A DNA stretch of 64,000 nt from Lama guanicoe (taxonomy: Eukaryota), in assembly GCA_013239625.1 (NCBI GenBank), contig MU053629.1:4739567-4803566 (forward strand), written 5' to 3'. The translations under genes and the position numbers were made by a program. Position 1 is the first letter of the stretch. Each line of letters starts with the position of its first letter. The notes below the pieces were generated by a model. The model was not told the DNA's origin. It saw only the letters and a program-made list of their open reading frames with translations, and searched no databases. Positions 14,779 to 27,470 of the stretch are shown here, one piece after another.

Positions 14779-16440
14779 TCAGATACCTTTTTTTCTCCAA
14801 CTAGATTGTAAGTTCTTGAAGAAGAAGCAGCACGGTCTCTAATTCAGTCCCTAGCTTGGCCCTCAGCTGCGGGCATTCGGGCAACTTCTCTGTTCTGATT
14901 AAAAGAAGATTGCTCTTTGCATGTGCCATTCACTCTAATCCATTTCAGTAAAACACTGTACTAGACACTGAACAGCTGAAGAGAAACAAGACGTGTCCCT
15001 TGTTCTCCAGGAACTCAGAGAAGAGTGGAGGAGGCTGACCCAAGAACAATCCCTGGGCTCTGCGATCTTCAGTGTAAGGGCGACCATCCTAGAAATACAT
15101 GGTCTGAGCAGAGGCTTTTGTTTGACCTCCTGCTGTGAGAGGTCACGTAGGTAGAATTATTTGGCGCCAAAACGGTGGAATTTCCAGGACGTCGCAGTGT
15201 TTGCAGGGATTCTGTTCAAAGCATTTAACAACCAGTAGCACGTGACCAACCAGAACAGGCACCAGGGTTCGGCCATCCCACCCTGCAGGTATGGAAACCG
15301 CAAGAAAGCGTCCAGCAGGTGTTGCCCGGCAGCACCTGGGATCTGTGGCTTGCGCTCTGACCCCTCGAGAGCTCACCTTGGACAGTTAATTCCAAACCAA
15401 GAGGTCATTAGAGAGTCACGACTTCGCGGAGACCACCTGGCCAGCACCATCTTCGCCTGGTGAGATTGATGGCAGGGGACCCCAAGGTCTTCATCTATCA
15501 GCGTATCAGATGCGGACCACCCTGCCCCCCAGCTCTCGGGGATAATGGATTAGGCTGAAAAACCCAAAGACATTTAGCCATTTGTTGGGGGAAATTATGA
15601 AGGGTTCTTGAAGCCCAGTCTGTGTGATTTGGGAATTGCTGTTAAAAGCAGCAAACTTATTTTCCTGTGAGTACACTCCAATAAATGGCTGCAATTCTTA
15701 TCAATAATTAATGAGTCTAACCAGGAATTTCAAGGGCTGGAAAAATATTCAAAGCCTCCTATTTACAGTTGTAACCAGCTGGATTTGTTTAATGGGTTGT
15801 TTGCTTTTTAATTTGTAGCAGTTTTGAGAGAGACCTTTGGGGACCACGAGCCTTGTGGTTTCAGCGAGCCCTTTTGGAAGCCACACAGTTATTTGGGGGG
15901 ACCGAATCTGCCCGCGGATAATTTGAGGTTCACTCGGCCATTTAGGAACTGCAGAAAGGCAGTGGAGACATTCAGGCCTCGGTCCTCTATTTAATTTTCA
16001 GATTAGAATTAAACATTAGGCCGTGGTCTTCCGAGAGACATTTGCCGGAGCGTGGACTAGTTTCTTTCCAGTATCCTGGTTTACCATTTCTCTGTTCTCT
16101 TAGCAGAAATGGTCACTGATTCTAAAGTAGGAGAGTAGGTACCATTCGCTTGTTCGTGCAAAGGTTCCCTTGACACAAATAAAAATGGAATTTTCAAATG
16201 TAACCCGATTAACTCTTAATTGTATACCAATAGCCTGTGTGTGTCAGCTCCCTTAGAAGGCTTCCGAATGGCCTGCGTCTCCCTTTAAACTTGGGAAGGG
16301 GGCTTGGGGGGGGATTCAATTAGTAGCAGTACTTTTCTAATCGTGGGATTGGTGTGGCGTTGACAAAAATCTGTATAAATAGGGTACATTTTTCCACTTA
16401 AGAGGGCTGTGCTGAGACAGTTTTAATTGGATTTTCATGG

Positions 16441-16466
16441 TGATTGACAGCGTTTGATTATGACAG
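16441..16466 (+). promoter_or_regulatory. PBX-MEIS/PREP composite motif pair
   Basis: Exact TGATTGACAG at 16441-16450, followed by TGATTATGACAG at 16455-16466. Confidence 0.5.
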
Positions 16467-18097
16467 TAACTTTATTTGGCTGGACGGCTTTAGCCTCTTG
16501 TTCAGATTTTTCCATCAAAGCTCTTTTTTCTCCTCCGAATCCCCAGCGGAGCAGCAGTCACTGTGGAAGAGCCTTTTAGCACCTTTGTTGTCGCCATCCC
16601 TGGCGACGATGGGGCCCAGCTGGTAGCAGATAAGAAAACGTTCCTTTCACAAAGAGGCTGTGTCTCCCGCCTCTGCGTTTTAAGAGCCCCCAAAACCTGT
16701 TGAGGGTTAGAAGTAGCTTTAGATGTGAAATGAGTGTTAAGTATTAGTAATCGGGAGATTAGGGCCCCGGGGACAATGTGAGACAAACAACTGCAATTAA
16801 GGCAGATCTGCCGATGTAAACAAAATTTAGCAGAAACAGATGCCCTAACCATTTTGGGGGATTGATTTGAGGGCACCAAGGAATCGATTTTTGTCTTGTT
16901 TACACTTTCAAAGCCCTGTGATGTACTGGAAGGCTAAATATTTCATACAGCCTGATTTTAGTTAATTTTTTTTTCCAGCGCCTCACAGTAGGCGCCTCTC
17001 TCCTCACAGTGACCAGGCCTGAGTTTATTCCGCGTTCACAGGGAGCAGCTAATTGTCTATGAAGGGCCCCCGTGTTTAAATGGGCTTGACAGGAATTTAA
17101 ATTTTGTTTCAATCAACCCCTGTGCTCACAGCCTGCTCCAGTTTCTAATTTTTAAATTAAACATGATTTTTTTTTTTTTAAGCCACAGGCTTGCCTCTGG
17201 AATACGCTGGCTGTAACTCTCGGGAGGGCAAACGGGCCACCCTGGGATGCTGGCCGTGTGCGGGGCCTGAGGCTCCGGCTCCAGGGCTGGAGCGTTCTTG
17301 CTCCAAAAACGAGCTTTTCCTTCTCCCCCTGTCGGGGAGGTCAGCAGAGTTTGGCTGGGCAGATCGGCTCCCTGCCTTGGGAAACGGCCCCCTTCCCAGC
17401 TCTCCTGTGCAGGCAGCGGCGTGTGTCATCTGGAAAGTGGGTTAAGTACCAGAGGAAGGCGTGAGGATGGCTTTTTGGGGCCGGCTGAATCGTAACCCGC
17501 GGCATGTCGGGTACAGATTTGCATTCCGGCAGCCTTTTCTGCCGTCGTGAGATGAGTGTGCGTCTCTGTGCACACTCACCGCTTTGACTTGCGGGGTGTC
17601 TGCTCTGGGCAGAGCATCCTGCCTGATGCCAGGGAGCTGTTTGTCAGCCCCAAGTCACACCCCCAAGCAGCCCACCGTCTCCCAGGGAAGATGGGGATAC
17701 AGACAGCCAAGCACAGGGTAGAACCTTCGACCCGCCAAAGGCCCTCCCTCCCCTCCTCCCGCCCTTCCACCCTGTGGCGCTCCCTCCACGCCGCCTGCGC
17801 TCTAACGGTCTGACAGTCCCCCAGTGTGCGAGGCCTCCTCACATGGTCATGTCTTTGCTTGGGCTGTTCGGCCAGAATGCCCTCTCCTCACATTCACGTG
17901 GCGAACTCCTACTCAGCCTCCAAGGCCCAACTGGCACATCCTCTCTGAGGCTTTCTCAGGCCTGCTTCCGTGGGGGTTGATGACTTCCTATTACATGTCA
18001 TCCTTCTTTCTGGCAGGTACCTCTGTTAATGCCCTTTTCAACTCTTTGTGGCAGTGACTTGTCTACACAGCTGGTAACTGGGTTACACAGCCATAAA

Positions 18098-18215
18098 CTG
18101 GACCATGAGTTCCTAGAGGATTAGATCATGTCTTTTTATTGTTGTATCCATAGCGTTTAGCCCAATCTCCAGCCCCAAGTTGAATGCTCAATAAATAGTT
18201 ACTAAATTGAACTAC
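18098..18215 (+). mobile_element. L2 3' end relic
   Basis: ccatgagttcctagagg...atgctcaataaatagttactaaattgaa. Confidence 0.55.
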
Positions 18216-18594
18216 GAGTTTAACAGGTAAAATGAGTTCTGGAAAAGGCAAGATTTCTTCTAGCCAGGGGGTATGTGGGGAAGCTTTGTGAATGGGGTGA
18301 CAAATGAGCCAGGCTTTGCAGGACATTGGGGTATTTCTGTGAGTGTATTACTTTCTGCACACATGTGAGACACAGCTCAGATATGAGGGAAACTGCCAGG
18401 CCCTCTAACAGTCATACTAGTCAAAATCTGTACTGCAACTTGTCTGAAATTACTTAAAAGAAATTAGAGCAACTATTTGCACACAACTTGGGGCTGCAGA
18501 TAAATTCAGAAGGCTTCTAATGTCTAACCTTAAAAAAAAAAGGTTTTCTTTCAGGGAAATTAACCTAAACAGTCAACATTTTGTAAAACACATG

Positions 18595-18736
18595 TGTTTA
18601 CAGAGTCCTTTTAAGTATGTTATTTCACTTGGCTTTCACACAAACACTGTGAGAATTATTCTTATTCCCGTTTTACGGATGCATGCAACCGGGGCTCAGA
18701 GAGGTTAATTAATTTGCCTAGAGTCACACAGCCAGG
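18595..18736 (-). mobile_element. MIR SINE
   Basis: ttattcccgttttacggatg...ggctcagagaggttaattaatttgcctagagtcacacagc is the antisense MIR core. Confidence 0.75.
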
Positions 18737-18989
18737 AAGAATACAGGACTGTTCTGCACTCCATCAAAGCTAATATCTATTGGTGCATAGTGAGCAAGGG
18801 GTTGTTATTATGGTTGTGAGAAGTTCAGCCAAGTCAGACTATTTCTAACAATCAAAAACAAAACTAAATACAAATCTCCCACAAAGAAACGTATAGAATT
18901 TCAGCAGGACATGCTTGTGAAGCCAAGATGCTCCTGTAGGAGGCTTACTCAGCTCACTCCTTATAGTCCTCTCCACCTCGGCCCCGTCC

Positions 18990-19027
18990 TGCATCTGGAG
19001 GGCCGTGGTGCATCTGGAGGGCCATGG
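18990..19027. repeat. 19-bp tandem duplication TGCATCTGGAGGGCCRTGG x2
   Basis: Two adjacent copies differing at one base. Confidence 0.85.
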
Positions 19028-19357
19028 TGGAAGCAGAGAGCTGGTGTCTAAACACAGCCCCAGGGGCCTGGCTGAGGCCTGAACCTCAGTGCAAATAAAC
19101 CAAACAGGAAGAGAGAAAGTAATCACCAGCAGTTTGCACCTGTCTGTTAGTTAGTTAGCTCAAGGGAGGCTGTGAAAATTTGTGAGCTATCACTGTGTTT
19201 TGGTTTTGTCAACCTGCAGCAAAAACTGAAGGCATAGTATGTTCTGCAGTTTATCCAGCCACGGAACCTTCTCTCCTTTTTCGTTCTACCTTCACAATTA
19301 GAGAAATGAGCAGCTTCCAAGAGACATTACTTGCTGAGTTTGGGAGAAATTTCTTTT

Positions 19358-20117
19358 ATTTATTTATTTTTAATTTTATTGAGTTATAGTCAGTTTACAA
19401 TGTTGTGTCAATTTCAGGTGTAGAGCACAATTTTCCAGTCAGTTTTATATAAACATACATATATTCATTTTCATATTCTTTTTCACCATGAGCTACTAGA
19501 AGATCTTGAATGTAGTTCCCTGTGCTATACAGTAGAAACTTGTTTATCTATTCTATATGTACCTGTCAGTATCTGCAAATCTCGAACTCCCAGTCTGTCC
19601 CTTCCCACCCTGCTCCCCCCGGCAACCACAGTCTCTAGTCTATGTCTGTGAGTCTGTTTCTGTTTTATATTTAAGTTCATTTGTCGTCGCCTTTTTTTGT
19701 AAGATTCCACATATGAGTGATATCATATGGTATTTTTCTTTCTCTTTCTGGCTTACTTCACTTAGAATGACATTCTCTAGGAGCATCCATGTTGCTGCAA
19801 ATGGCATTATATTGTCGGTTTTTATGGCTGAGTAGTATTCCATTGTATAAATATACCACGACTTCTTTATCCAGTCATCTGTTGATGGACATTTAGGCTG
19901 TTTCCATGTCTTGGCTATTGTAAACAGTGCTGCTATGAACATTGGGATGCAGGTGTCTTTTTGAATTAGGGTTTCCTCTGGATATATGCCCAGGAGCGGG
20001 ATTGTTGGGTCATATGGTAAATGGTAAGTCTTAGTCTTTTGAGGAATCTCCATACTGTTTTCCACAGTGGCTGCACCAAACTGCATTCCCACCAGCAGTG
20101 TAGGAGGGTTCCCTTGA
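19358..20117 (-). mobile_element. Young 5'-truncated L1 (ORF2 C-terminus, 3'UTR, A-rich tail) with TSD
   Basis: Minus ORF with LPYDPTIPLLGIYP...FIAALFTIAKTWKQPKCPSTDDWIKK. TSD GAGAAATTTCTTTT(A) at 19344 and 20118. TTTT/AA endonuclease site. Confidence 0.93.
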
Positions 20118-20624
20118 GAGAAATTTCTTTTAACTCAGCAAACCTTATTGAGCACATTGTATACACAGAATATCTTGCTAGATGCTCTCGTTTATTGCTA
20201 CTCAAATACGGACTTTGGGCTAGTGGTAGTATCTGAACTTGAACACAAAATAAGGAGTTTGTGCCAGAATATAAATTAAGCATGTCTCAAAGTCTTCTGT
20301 TTAATTCGGCTGACATTCTTTTTTGGTAGCAAAACTTTCTCAGTGGCGAGGCTGTGTGCGGATGCACTTTGTGGCCATAGCTCCTTCTCTCCTTGCAAAC
20401 CAGGAGCAAGCAGCTCCCAGACCAAGTACTGGAGTTGGAAATACAGAGGCTAAGGAAATACTCATCTTGCCTTCCAGGAGCTTACAGCGCAGTGAGAAAG
20501 CGAGGCTTTCTCACAACCACTGCATCCCCCGCAGCTGGCACTGTGCACGGCCCCAAGTAGCCGTTCAGTCATGTCTCTTGAAGAGACGATCAGAAAGAAC
20601 TAAGTGAAAGACAGTCTTTCATTT

Positions 20625-21681
20625 GGAATGGGGGGAAAAAATCTGCAATTGTTTATCCGATAAGAGGTTAATATCCCAAATATATAAAGAGCTCATACAG
20701 CTCAATAGCAATAAATAAACAAACAAACCAATTAAAAAATGGACAAAGGACCTGAAGAGACATTTTTCCAAAGAAGATATTCAAATGACCAATGGGTACA
20801 TCACTAATCATAAGGGAAATGTAAATCAAAAACCACAGTAACATGTCACCTCATGCCTGTTAGAATGGCCGTCATCAGAAAGACAAGAGATGACAAATGT
20901 TGGTGAAGATGTGGAGAAAGGGGAACCCTTGTGCACTGTTGGTAGGATTGTAAACTGGTAAGGCCACTATGGAAAACAATATGGAAGTTCCTCAAAAAAT
21001 GAAAAATAGAAGTACCGTATGATTCAGCATTTCCTGTTCCAGGATTATATCTGAAGGAAACAAAACACTATTCAAAGAGATGTCTGTACCCCCATGTTCA
21101 TAGCAGCATTACTTATAATAGCCAACACATGGAAACGACCTAAGTGTCAGCAGACGCATAGATAAAGAAGTTGTATGATATTAGATACTCCCACATGCAA
21201 TGGAATATTATCCAGCCATAAAAAAGGAGATCCTGCCATTAGCAACAGCCTGGCATTATGCTGCATGAAATAAGTCAGACAGAAAGACAGATACTGTATA
21301 ATCTCACTTATATGTGGAATCTTAAAAAATAAATATATTATAGAAAACCAATTTGTGGTTACTAGCAGAGAGGAAGGAGCAATTGGAAAAGGTAGTCAAA
21401 AAGTACAAACTTCCAGTTATAAGATAACTAAATACTAGGGATGTCATGTTCAACTTGATGACCGTAGTTAACACTGCTGTGTGGTATATTTGCAAGTTGT
21501 TAAGAGAGTAAATTCTGAGAGTTCTCTTCACAAGGAAAAACATTTTTTTTCTTTTCTTTTGTACCTGTATAAGATGATGGGTGTTAACTTACTGTGGTAA
21601 CCACTTCACAATATATGTAAGTCACATCTACACCTAAAACTTAACACAGTGCTGTATGGCAACTATATCTCGATAAAACTA
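20625..21681 (+). mobile_element. L1MA-like 3' fragment (degenerate ORF2 end and 3'UTR)
   Basis: gacctgaagagacatttttccaaagaagatat, gtggagaaaggggaacccttgtgcactgttgg and gtacaaacttccagttataagat motifs. Confidence 0.88.
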
Positions 21682-22081
21682 GAGGCGGGAGGGAGTACTA
21701 AATGATATAGAAGCCAAACTGTTGAGTGCCTTAAGAGACATGTGAATGAAGTAGCCTGGTCTCACAGAATAGGGAGCCAGACAGAGATCTGGGTCCCTCA
21801 GGAAGGCAGAAGGGAGACTAAGGCTGGGACGATGGCCTGCAGGTGTCCACGCCAGCACAGGCAGTAGGGGAATCAGAGGAACAAGAGCACAGGTGTGGAG
21901 CTGTGACCTCGCTCGTTTCTGTACCCCAGGCCATAGAGCTGGAAAGGTGGGGGTGGGGATGGTGTGGCCGATGACTGGCAAGATGTGCTCTGTCCTCTGC
22001 ATCTGAAGTCTGGGGAGGCTGAAGATGGACTCCAGCTCTAGTCCGTCGTGAACATGAGACAGGAAGCGACAGGGGACACTG

Positions 22082-22295
22082 AGAAGAGCACTGGTCTGGG
22101 TATCAGAAGGCATGGTTTCAGGTGCAGCCTCTGCCTCTGTGAAACTGGGTAATCAGTAGTTACTCACTTAGCTTATCCAAGCCTCAGCTTTCTCATCTAT
22201 AAAATGGGGGTAGTGTTACCAATCTTGAAGGATGAGGTTTCTTCCCTAATAAAATAGGGTTTGTGAAAGTGTGTTTGTAAATTGTAAAGTGCCGG
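22082..22295 (+). mobile_element. MIR SINE
   Basis: gcctcagctttctcatctataaaatggggg core. Confidence 0.7.
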
Positions 22296-22929
22296 GCACA
22301 TGTGGGACACTAAATCTTTGAGTCATGATCTGTCTCATCTGTCTCGTGTTCCTGGACATGTCTGGCTAGCAGTTTCTTAGAAGACAAGTGTGTTTAGTGG
22401 AACTCGATGTGCCTTAGAACAAAGTATATGTATGTTGGACATTTACAGCTAGTGTCTAATGGATTGGTAATTTCTCAGAGGTGGGCAGACCTCTGTGGGT
22501 TATTCCTCCCCAGTCATGGGAAAGCCTTAACCTTTGTGTCTGTCTGTGTTACCCGTGAAACATAATGAGCATCTTCTGGAGGAAATTACTGTGAAACCAT
22601 CAGTTAATCAAGTATTTGTTGTCCGTGGGGTGCTGTGATGGGTTCAAAAGGAATATAAGAGACAGCCAGGTCCTCAAGGAGCAGACTGGACACACCCACG
22701 GGAGACATTCAGAGAAGGCGGGATGGGCCGTGCTGACTTGGCACGGTGTGAGGGCTCAGAGCAGGGCGGCCGACGGGCTCCGTCGTCACAGGAGGCATCT
22801 CAGCTCCAGCCAGACCTGGAGGATTGTTAACATCTGTCTGAACGTGGGAATTAGACAGCAGTGGATCAACGGAGAGCCAGCTCCTCCCAGCCCCCACCCC
22901 ATGCCCCACCCCCAGCCTTCTCAATTTCA

Positions 22930-23095
22930 AATATGTCATCACGCCTCTCTCAGCTTCAGGTTCCTTACCTATGAAAATGAGGGTCTCACGAAAGGGAGAT
23001 TTTAAGAGTGAGATGAAAATGTGTTGCACACTCAGCACACCGTCTGGCGTAAAACAAGTGCTCAATAAACGGTTACCATTATGTTATCATCGGCA
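22930..23095 (+). mobile_element. MIR SINE
   Basis: cttcaggttccttacctatgaaaatgaggg...ctcagcacaccgtctggcgt...gtgctcaataaac. Confidence 0.65.
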
Positions 23096-24954
23096 CTGCT
23101 GATAGCAAGAGGGAAGGTATCTCAGGAAGAAGGAACAGCACAGTCTGAGACCAGAGGAACCAGGACCGTGAGGAACACACCCTGGCCAAAGCAAAGAAGG
23201 CCCTTGGGATCGAAGGGAGTGAAGTTAGCTGGGCGGGGCGGATCCAGCCGGGAAGGGCTTTGCACACCGAAGAGGAGTGCGGCTGCCCTAGGCTGCTGTC
23301 GACTCTTAAGCCGGGTAGTGGCTACACGAGGCTCCACCACTGCAGGCAAAGGGGACACACAGGACTGATCTCGGCTTGCCCCACGTGGACCGGACTCTCT
23401 GGCTGGAACTGATTTATGAGTAGGGATGTCCTCACCCCCTGGCTGTTTCTGAAATTCTCCATGAAGGTCTCCAGCCAAGAGAATAGGAAGCCGAGTTCAG
23501 CGCCTGTAGCTTCTTGGCAGCGTGTCATTTGTCTCTCTTTCTGCATCTTCTTTGCAGTGTCCTTTCTGTCACTATCGGGGAAAATCATTAGTATGCTAAT
23601 CTAGCTAGCCGTCATTTTAACACTGACCTTTGCTAACCTGCCTTTGCAATTTCAGGAACTACGTGTGACTTCTCTAAAAGTAACCTTAAATTGTAGTCTT
23701 GTAAGAATTCCAGAGCTGTATCCTTCACTCCTTCTTCTAATGAGGTTATGACCAAATGCTCATTATAATTGCTTTAGACTCCTTTTAATTTTCAAGCTTA
23801 TTAATCATAAGAAGAGTTATTTAAAATTGCATAAATTAATCTTAGATTAAAAGCCCATCAAAGCCTCGAAACAATTAAGAATAAGTAGGATTTCCCTGGG
23901 GCAGCAAGTTTTATTTTAATATTGTAGTCAGGTGGATATCAGAACCTTGAAGTATGGTAGTGATTAATGTATGCAAAATTTAAATGAGATTTTTTAAATG
24001 GCAAATCTAAATCACATATTGACCTAACTGTAGGCTTTAACTGCATTGTCTGTCATATATTTAAACTGTTTACTAATCAACATTTTAATTACCGCGTGTG
24101 TTGGCAGACCCTAGGACAAATAAAATCTAGCATTTTAAAATGTTGCTGCAAATTTCGGTTGTCTGAAAATAACAAGACTCTTTTATTGGGAAGAATGGAG
24201 GAATGAGAAAACAGAGCGAATCTCCTGCAGCAACGCGAGACTGGGCACAGTCCTGGGGTGGCGGCGGTGGCGGCGGCGAGGGTTGGGGGGGGCCGCTGCA
24301 GCATCCTTCCTGGCCCCCAGGCTCACCTTGTGATTCTGCTGGTCCGAGACAGCTACTTCTCCCTGGAGCAGCACCTGGGTTTCCTTTGAAGTTGATTCAC
24401 ATTTAATTAGGGAAACACTTCGCTTCGTGTGTTTGAGCCCCGGTTGCCAAGCATTGTTGACTTGAACGGCCTGGGTAGCCTGGGGTCCCTAGGCCACCTC
24501 CCCTGTGGTGAAGTGGAGACAGGAAATTTCCAGAAATGTGATTGGATCCCAGTCGAAGTCAGCAGCTGATTGGCTGCCTTCCTCCCCCACCTCCTCCATC
24601 ACTGCCATCCTGGGCAAGGTGAAAGGTGGGCTTAGGCTGTGTCAGAGTCTGCAAAGATTTTCTTTATTTTACAAATACCCTGTTTCGTTATTGAAAGTAG
24701 GTGGGTAAGAGGGTCACCGTGGACAATTTTATCTCACCCCTCGAAACTTCAGTGCCCACTTCATGGCACAGGGATAATAGTGACCACCGTGCTGTTTCTG
24801 TTTTTTTGTGAAAATTCAGACAAGGTAAAGCACTTAGCATAGAAGTTAGAAAACAGAAAGTTCCCCCAAAACATTTGATCCTGCTCCCATCATTAACTTT
24901 CTAAAACTAGTGTTAAAATTATGGCTACAATTTCCCATAGTCCAGAAGGATGGA

Positions 24955-25455
24955 TGTACAGTAAGCCTCCAGCCCCATCTCCGGAGTCAAGTGCTGTTAA
25001 TGGTAGCTTGTGTATCCTTCTAGAATTTTTAATTTTATTGCTCTGTACCTTGCTTTTTCACTTAATATATCTTTGAAATCTTTCCGTATCATGTGAAAGT
25101 CTGCCTCATGCTTTTTCGTGGCTGCGTGGTGTTCTGGAATATGGGTGTTCCATATTTATTTCACCAGCACCCTGCCATAGAACACTTTGGCCATTTCCAA
25201 ATCTTTGCTATTAAGCTGGTGACCATCTCTGTATATACACATCTTTATAAACTGGGTATGAGACCCCAGCTTCCCCTCACCTCTTTTCATACTGAAGTAT
25301 CAGGCTTTAATCCTTCCCAATCTGATCAGCGATAAATGGGATCTGGTTGTTTTAATTTGCATTAAGTATGAAGTTGAACATTTTTTTTTTCATCTTTATT
25401 GGCCATTTGTATTTTTTGCACATAACTTTGCCCATTTTTCTGTTGAATAGGTTGT
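24955..25455 (-). mobile_element. Old L1ME-like fragment
   Basis: ttgctttttcacttaatatatc...tttccaaatctttgctatt...gttgttttaatttgcatt...ttgcccatttttctgttg. Confidence 0.7.
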
Positions 25456-26964
25456 CTCTTCCCTCATCTTTTTGAGCCTTGATTTGCCCATCTAGAGACG
25501 CAGGGAGGTAGACACACCATCTCCAAGACCCCTTCTGCCTCGCCAAGCGTGGTCCAGGCCTGAGTCCCGCGGGCACCTTCTGCGCTACCAGAGGTGCCCA
25601 TCCGCTCGTGACCTTGCCGAGCCAGCCTGGAGGCTGCAGTGCCAGTAGCTGCGGGTGAACTCCAAGAGGCTCATTTCCTTCTTTTGTTCAGTTGTGCATC
25701 TTCCTCTCTTAAGAAGGCAGGCTTGGAAATTACAGGGCCGAGCTGGGATTGAACTTCCGTTAAAGCTGCCTGTAGACAGCAGGAATATTTATTTTCTCTA
25801 TTTGTTTTAAGCTGGGACGTCTGTGTGGTTTGCTCAGCACTGTCCTGATGGAGCCCTGACCAGCAAGCGTGCAATGCCCCTGGCCCTAATGTGCCATTAA
25901 TGATAGGTTAATGTACAGTATAATGTTTTGGGGACTACGGGTTCATTACACTTCTGAGTGTGAGGTCTTTCCACAGAGCGCCCAAGGTCCCATTGCATTA
26001 TATCATGCAATAAAAATACCCTTTTCATATCACACACTAATAAACTGTATTTGAAATGCTGTCTGAGGGCACTGCCGTCTTGTCTGTAGGCTGTGCACAA
26101 GTGCAACAGTTGGGTTTCCATTTTTTCTATTTTGTGTTTTAGTTACACGGAATTCTGAACTCGGGGAAGTCTGCTCATTTCTGCTTTAAATGGGGGAGCA
26201 AGCCGGGTGTTGAGGCCTGAGGCTCAGAGAAGGAGCCGCTCAGTGAGTGGTGAGGGTCTTTAATCCATGGAGAGCACGGCCCCTCGTCCTCCTCTGCCCG
26301 GCCACCCACACTGCATGCAGCTGTCAGGAGAGCCGGTCTGGTGTCTTCCAGATTTGGCACTGAGCATGTGCTAGGTGTGATAAAAACTTCCTCAGGAAAG
26401 AAGCGTGGTAAGTATTGCCAAGTCTGGGCCACTGCTGGTCATGACTATCGAGCTGTTTCCAGGAGCGCCTCCGTGTTAGGAATTTCATAGAGCCCTCCTG
26501 TCCAGTGGGTGCTGCCCTCCTTGTCTGACAGAGGACAGAGAAGTCCCCAGAGCTAGCGGGGAAAGCTGCCCCATAGAGAATGAAATCCACAGGCTTCCAG
26601 CAACCGCAGGCGAATTCCCTGCCCACGCAGACCGCACACCAAGAGCTCCGATCACCTAGGAGATCAGGGATGCAGCTGGGCCCGGGCAAGCATCATCTTC
26701 TCAGACACACGCAGTCCCAGTGCCCTTAAGTGTTATTCGTACCTTCCTGTGAGTTGGTATGATCAGCAGTGAGCTGGCGGCAGAGGTGGTTTTGAAGCTT
26801 GGGGAACTTTGAAAAAGGAGATTCTTCTCCATCAGAAAGGAAGAGGGCATGAGAAGTGAGGGATGAGGCAGAGACTTAGAATTCCTCCTCTGTGCCTTGA
26901 TCCAGGCAGCCTGGCACCTGTGCTTTGTTGGGGGGAGGGCTGTTTCTGCCAACTGTAGAGTGCG

Positions 26965-27470
26965 GGCAAGAGTGACCCGCGAGCCCCAAGAACCTGGGTT
27001 CACGCCCAGGGTTGAGACTTCAGCTTGAAGCACAGTCCTTACCAGCTGGGAGCGCCAGTGTCTTTGCTTGTAAAATGAGCTAGCATCTCCTTCTGCCACG
27101 GCTGGAGGTCATGTGAAGTAGTGTGGGTGAGAACACCTGACTGCTATCTGGCGTGGGCTCGGCGCGCACAACTGTCAGCTGTTACATTGCTGTTATGATC
27201 TGTCACAACCAAACGTAACATATGAGAACAGAACAAAACAAAACAAAAACATACTGTAACAAAAGGTGCAGGCTTTGGAGCACACGTCCTGTTCAAACCC
27301 CAGCGCTTCTTTAGGCTAATCACTTAACTTCTCTGAACCTGGTTTTTGAATCCACAAAGAGGTAGTAACAGTCATGCCATCCCCACTACTTCGGGGGATT
27401 TTTGTGACAGTTCAATTCGATGATGAGGTTGAAAGCGCTCTGTGGAATGAAAAACGCTCCTCAGATGCTG
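26965..27470 (+). mobile_element. Two degenerate MIR copies
   Basis: cctgggttc...ttgtaaaatgag, and ggctttggag...cacttaacttctctgaacct. Confidence 0.5.

Noticed and set aside
19640..20092. 150-aa minus-strand ORF as a host gene
   Set aside because: It is the ORF2 C-terminus of a truncated L1.
25914..26170. Possible Tigger-type DNA transposon starting TACAGTA
   Set aside because: No matching second terminal inverted repeat found.
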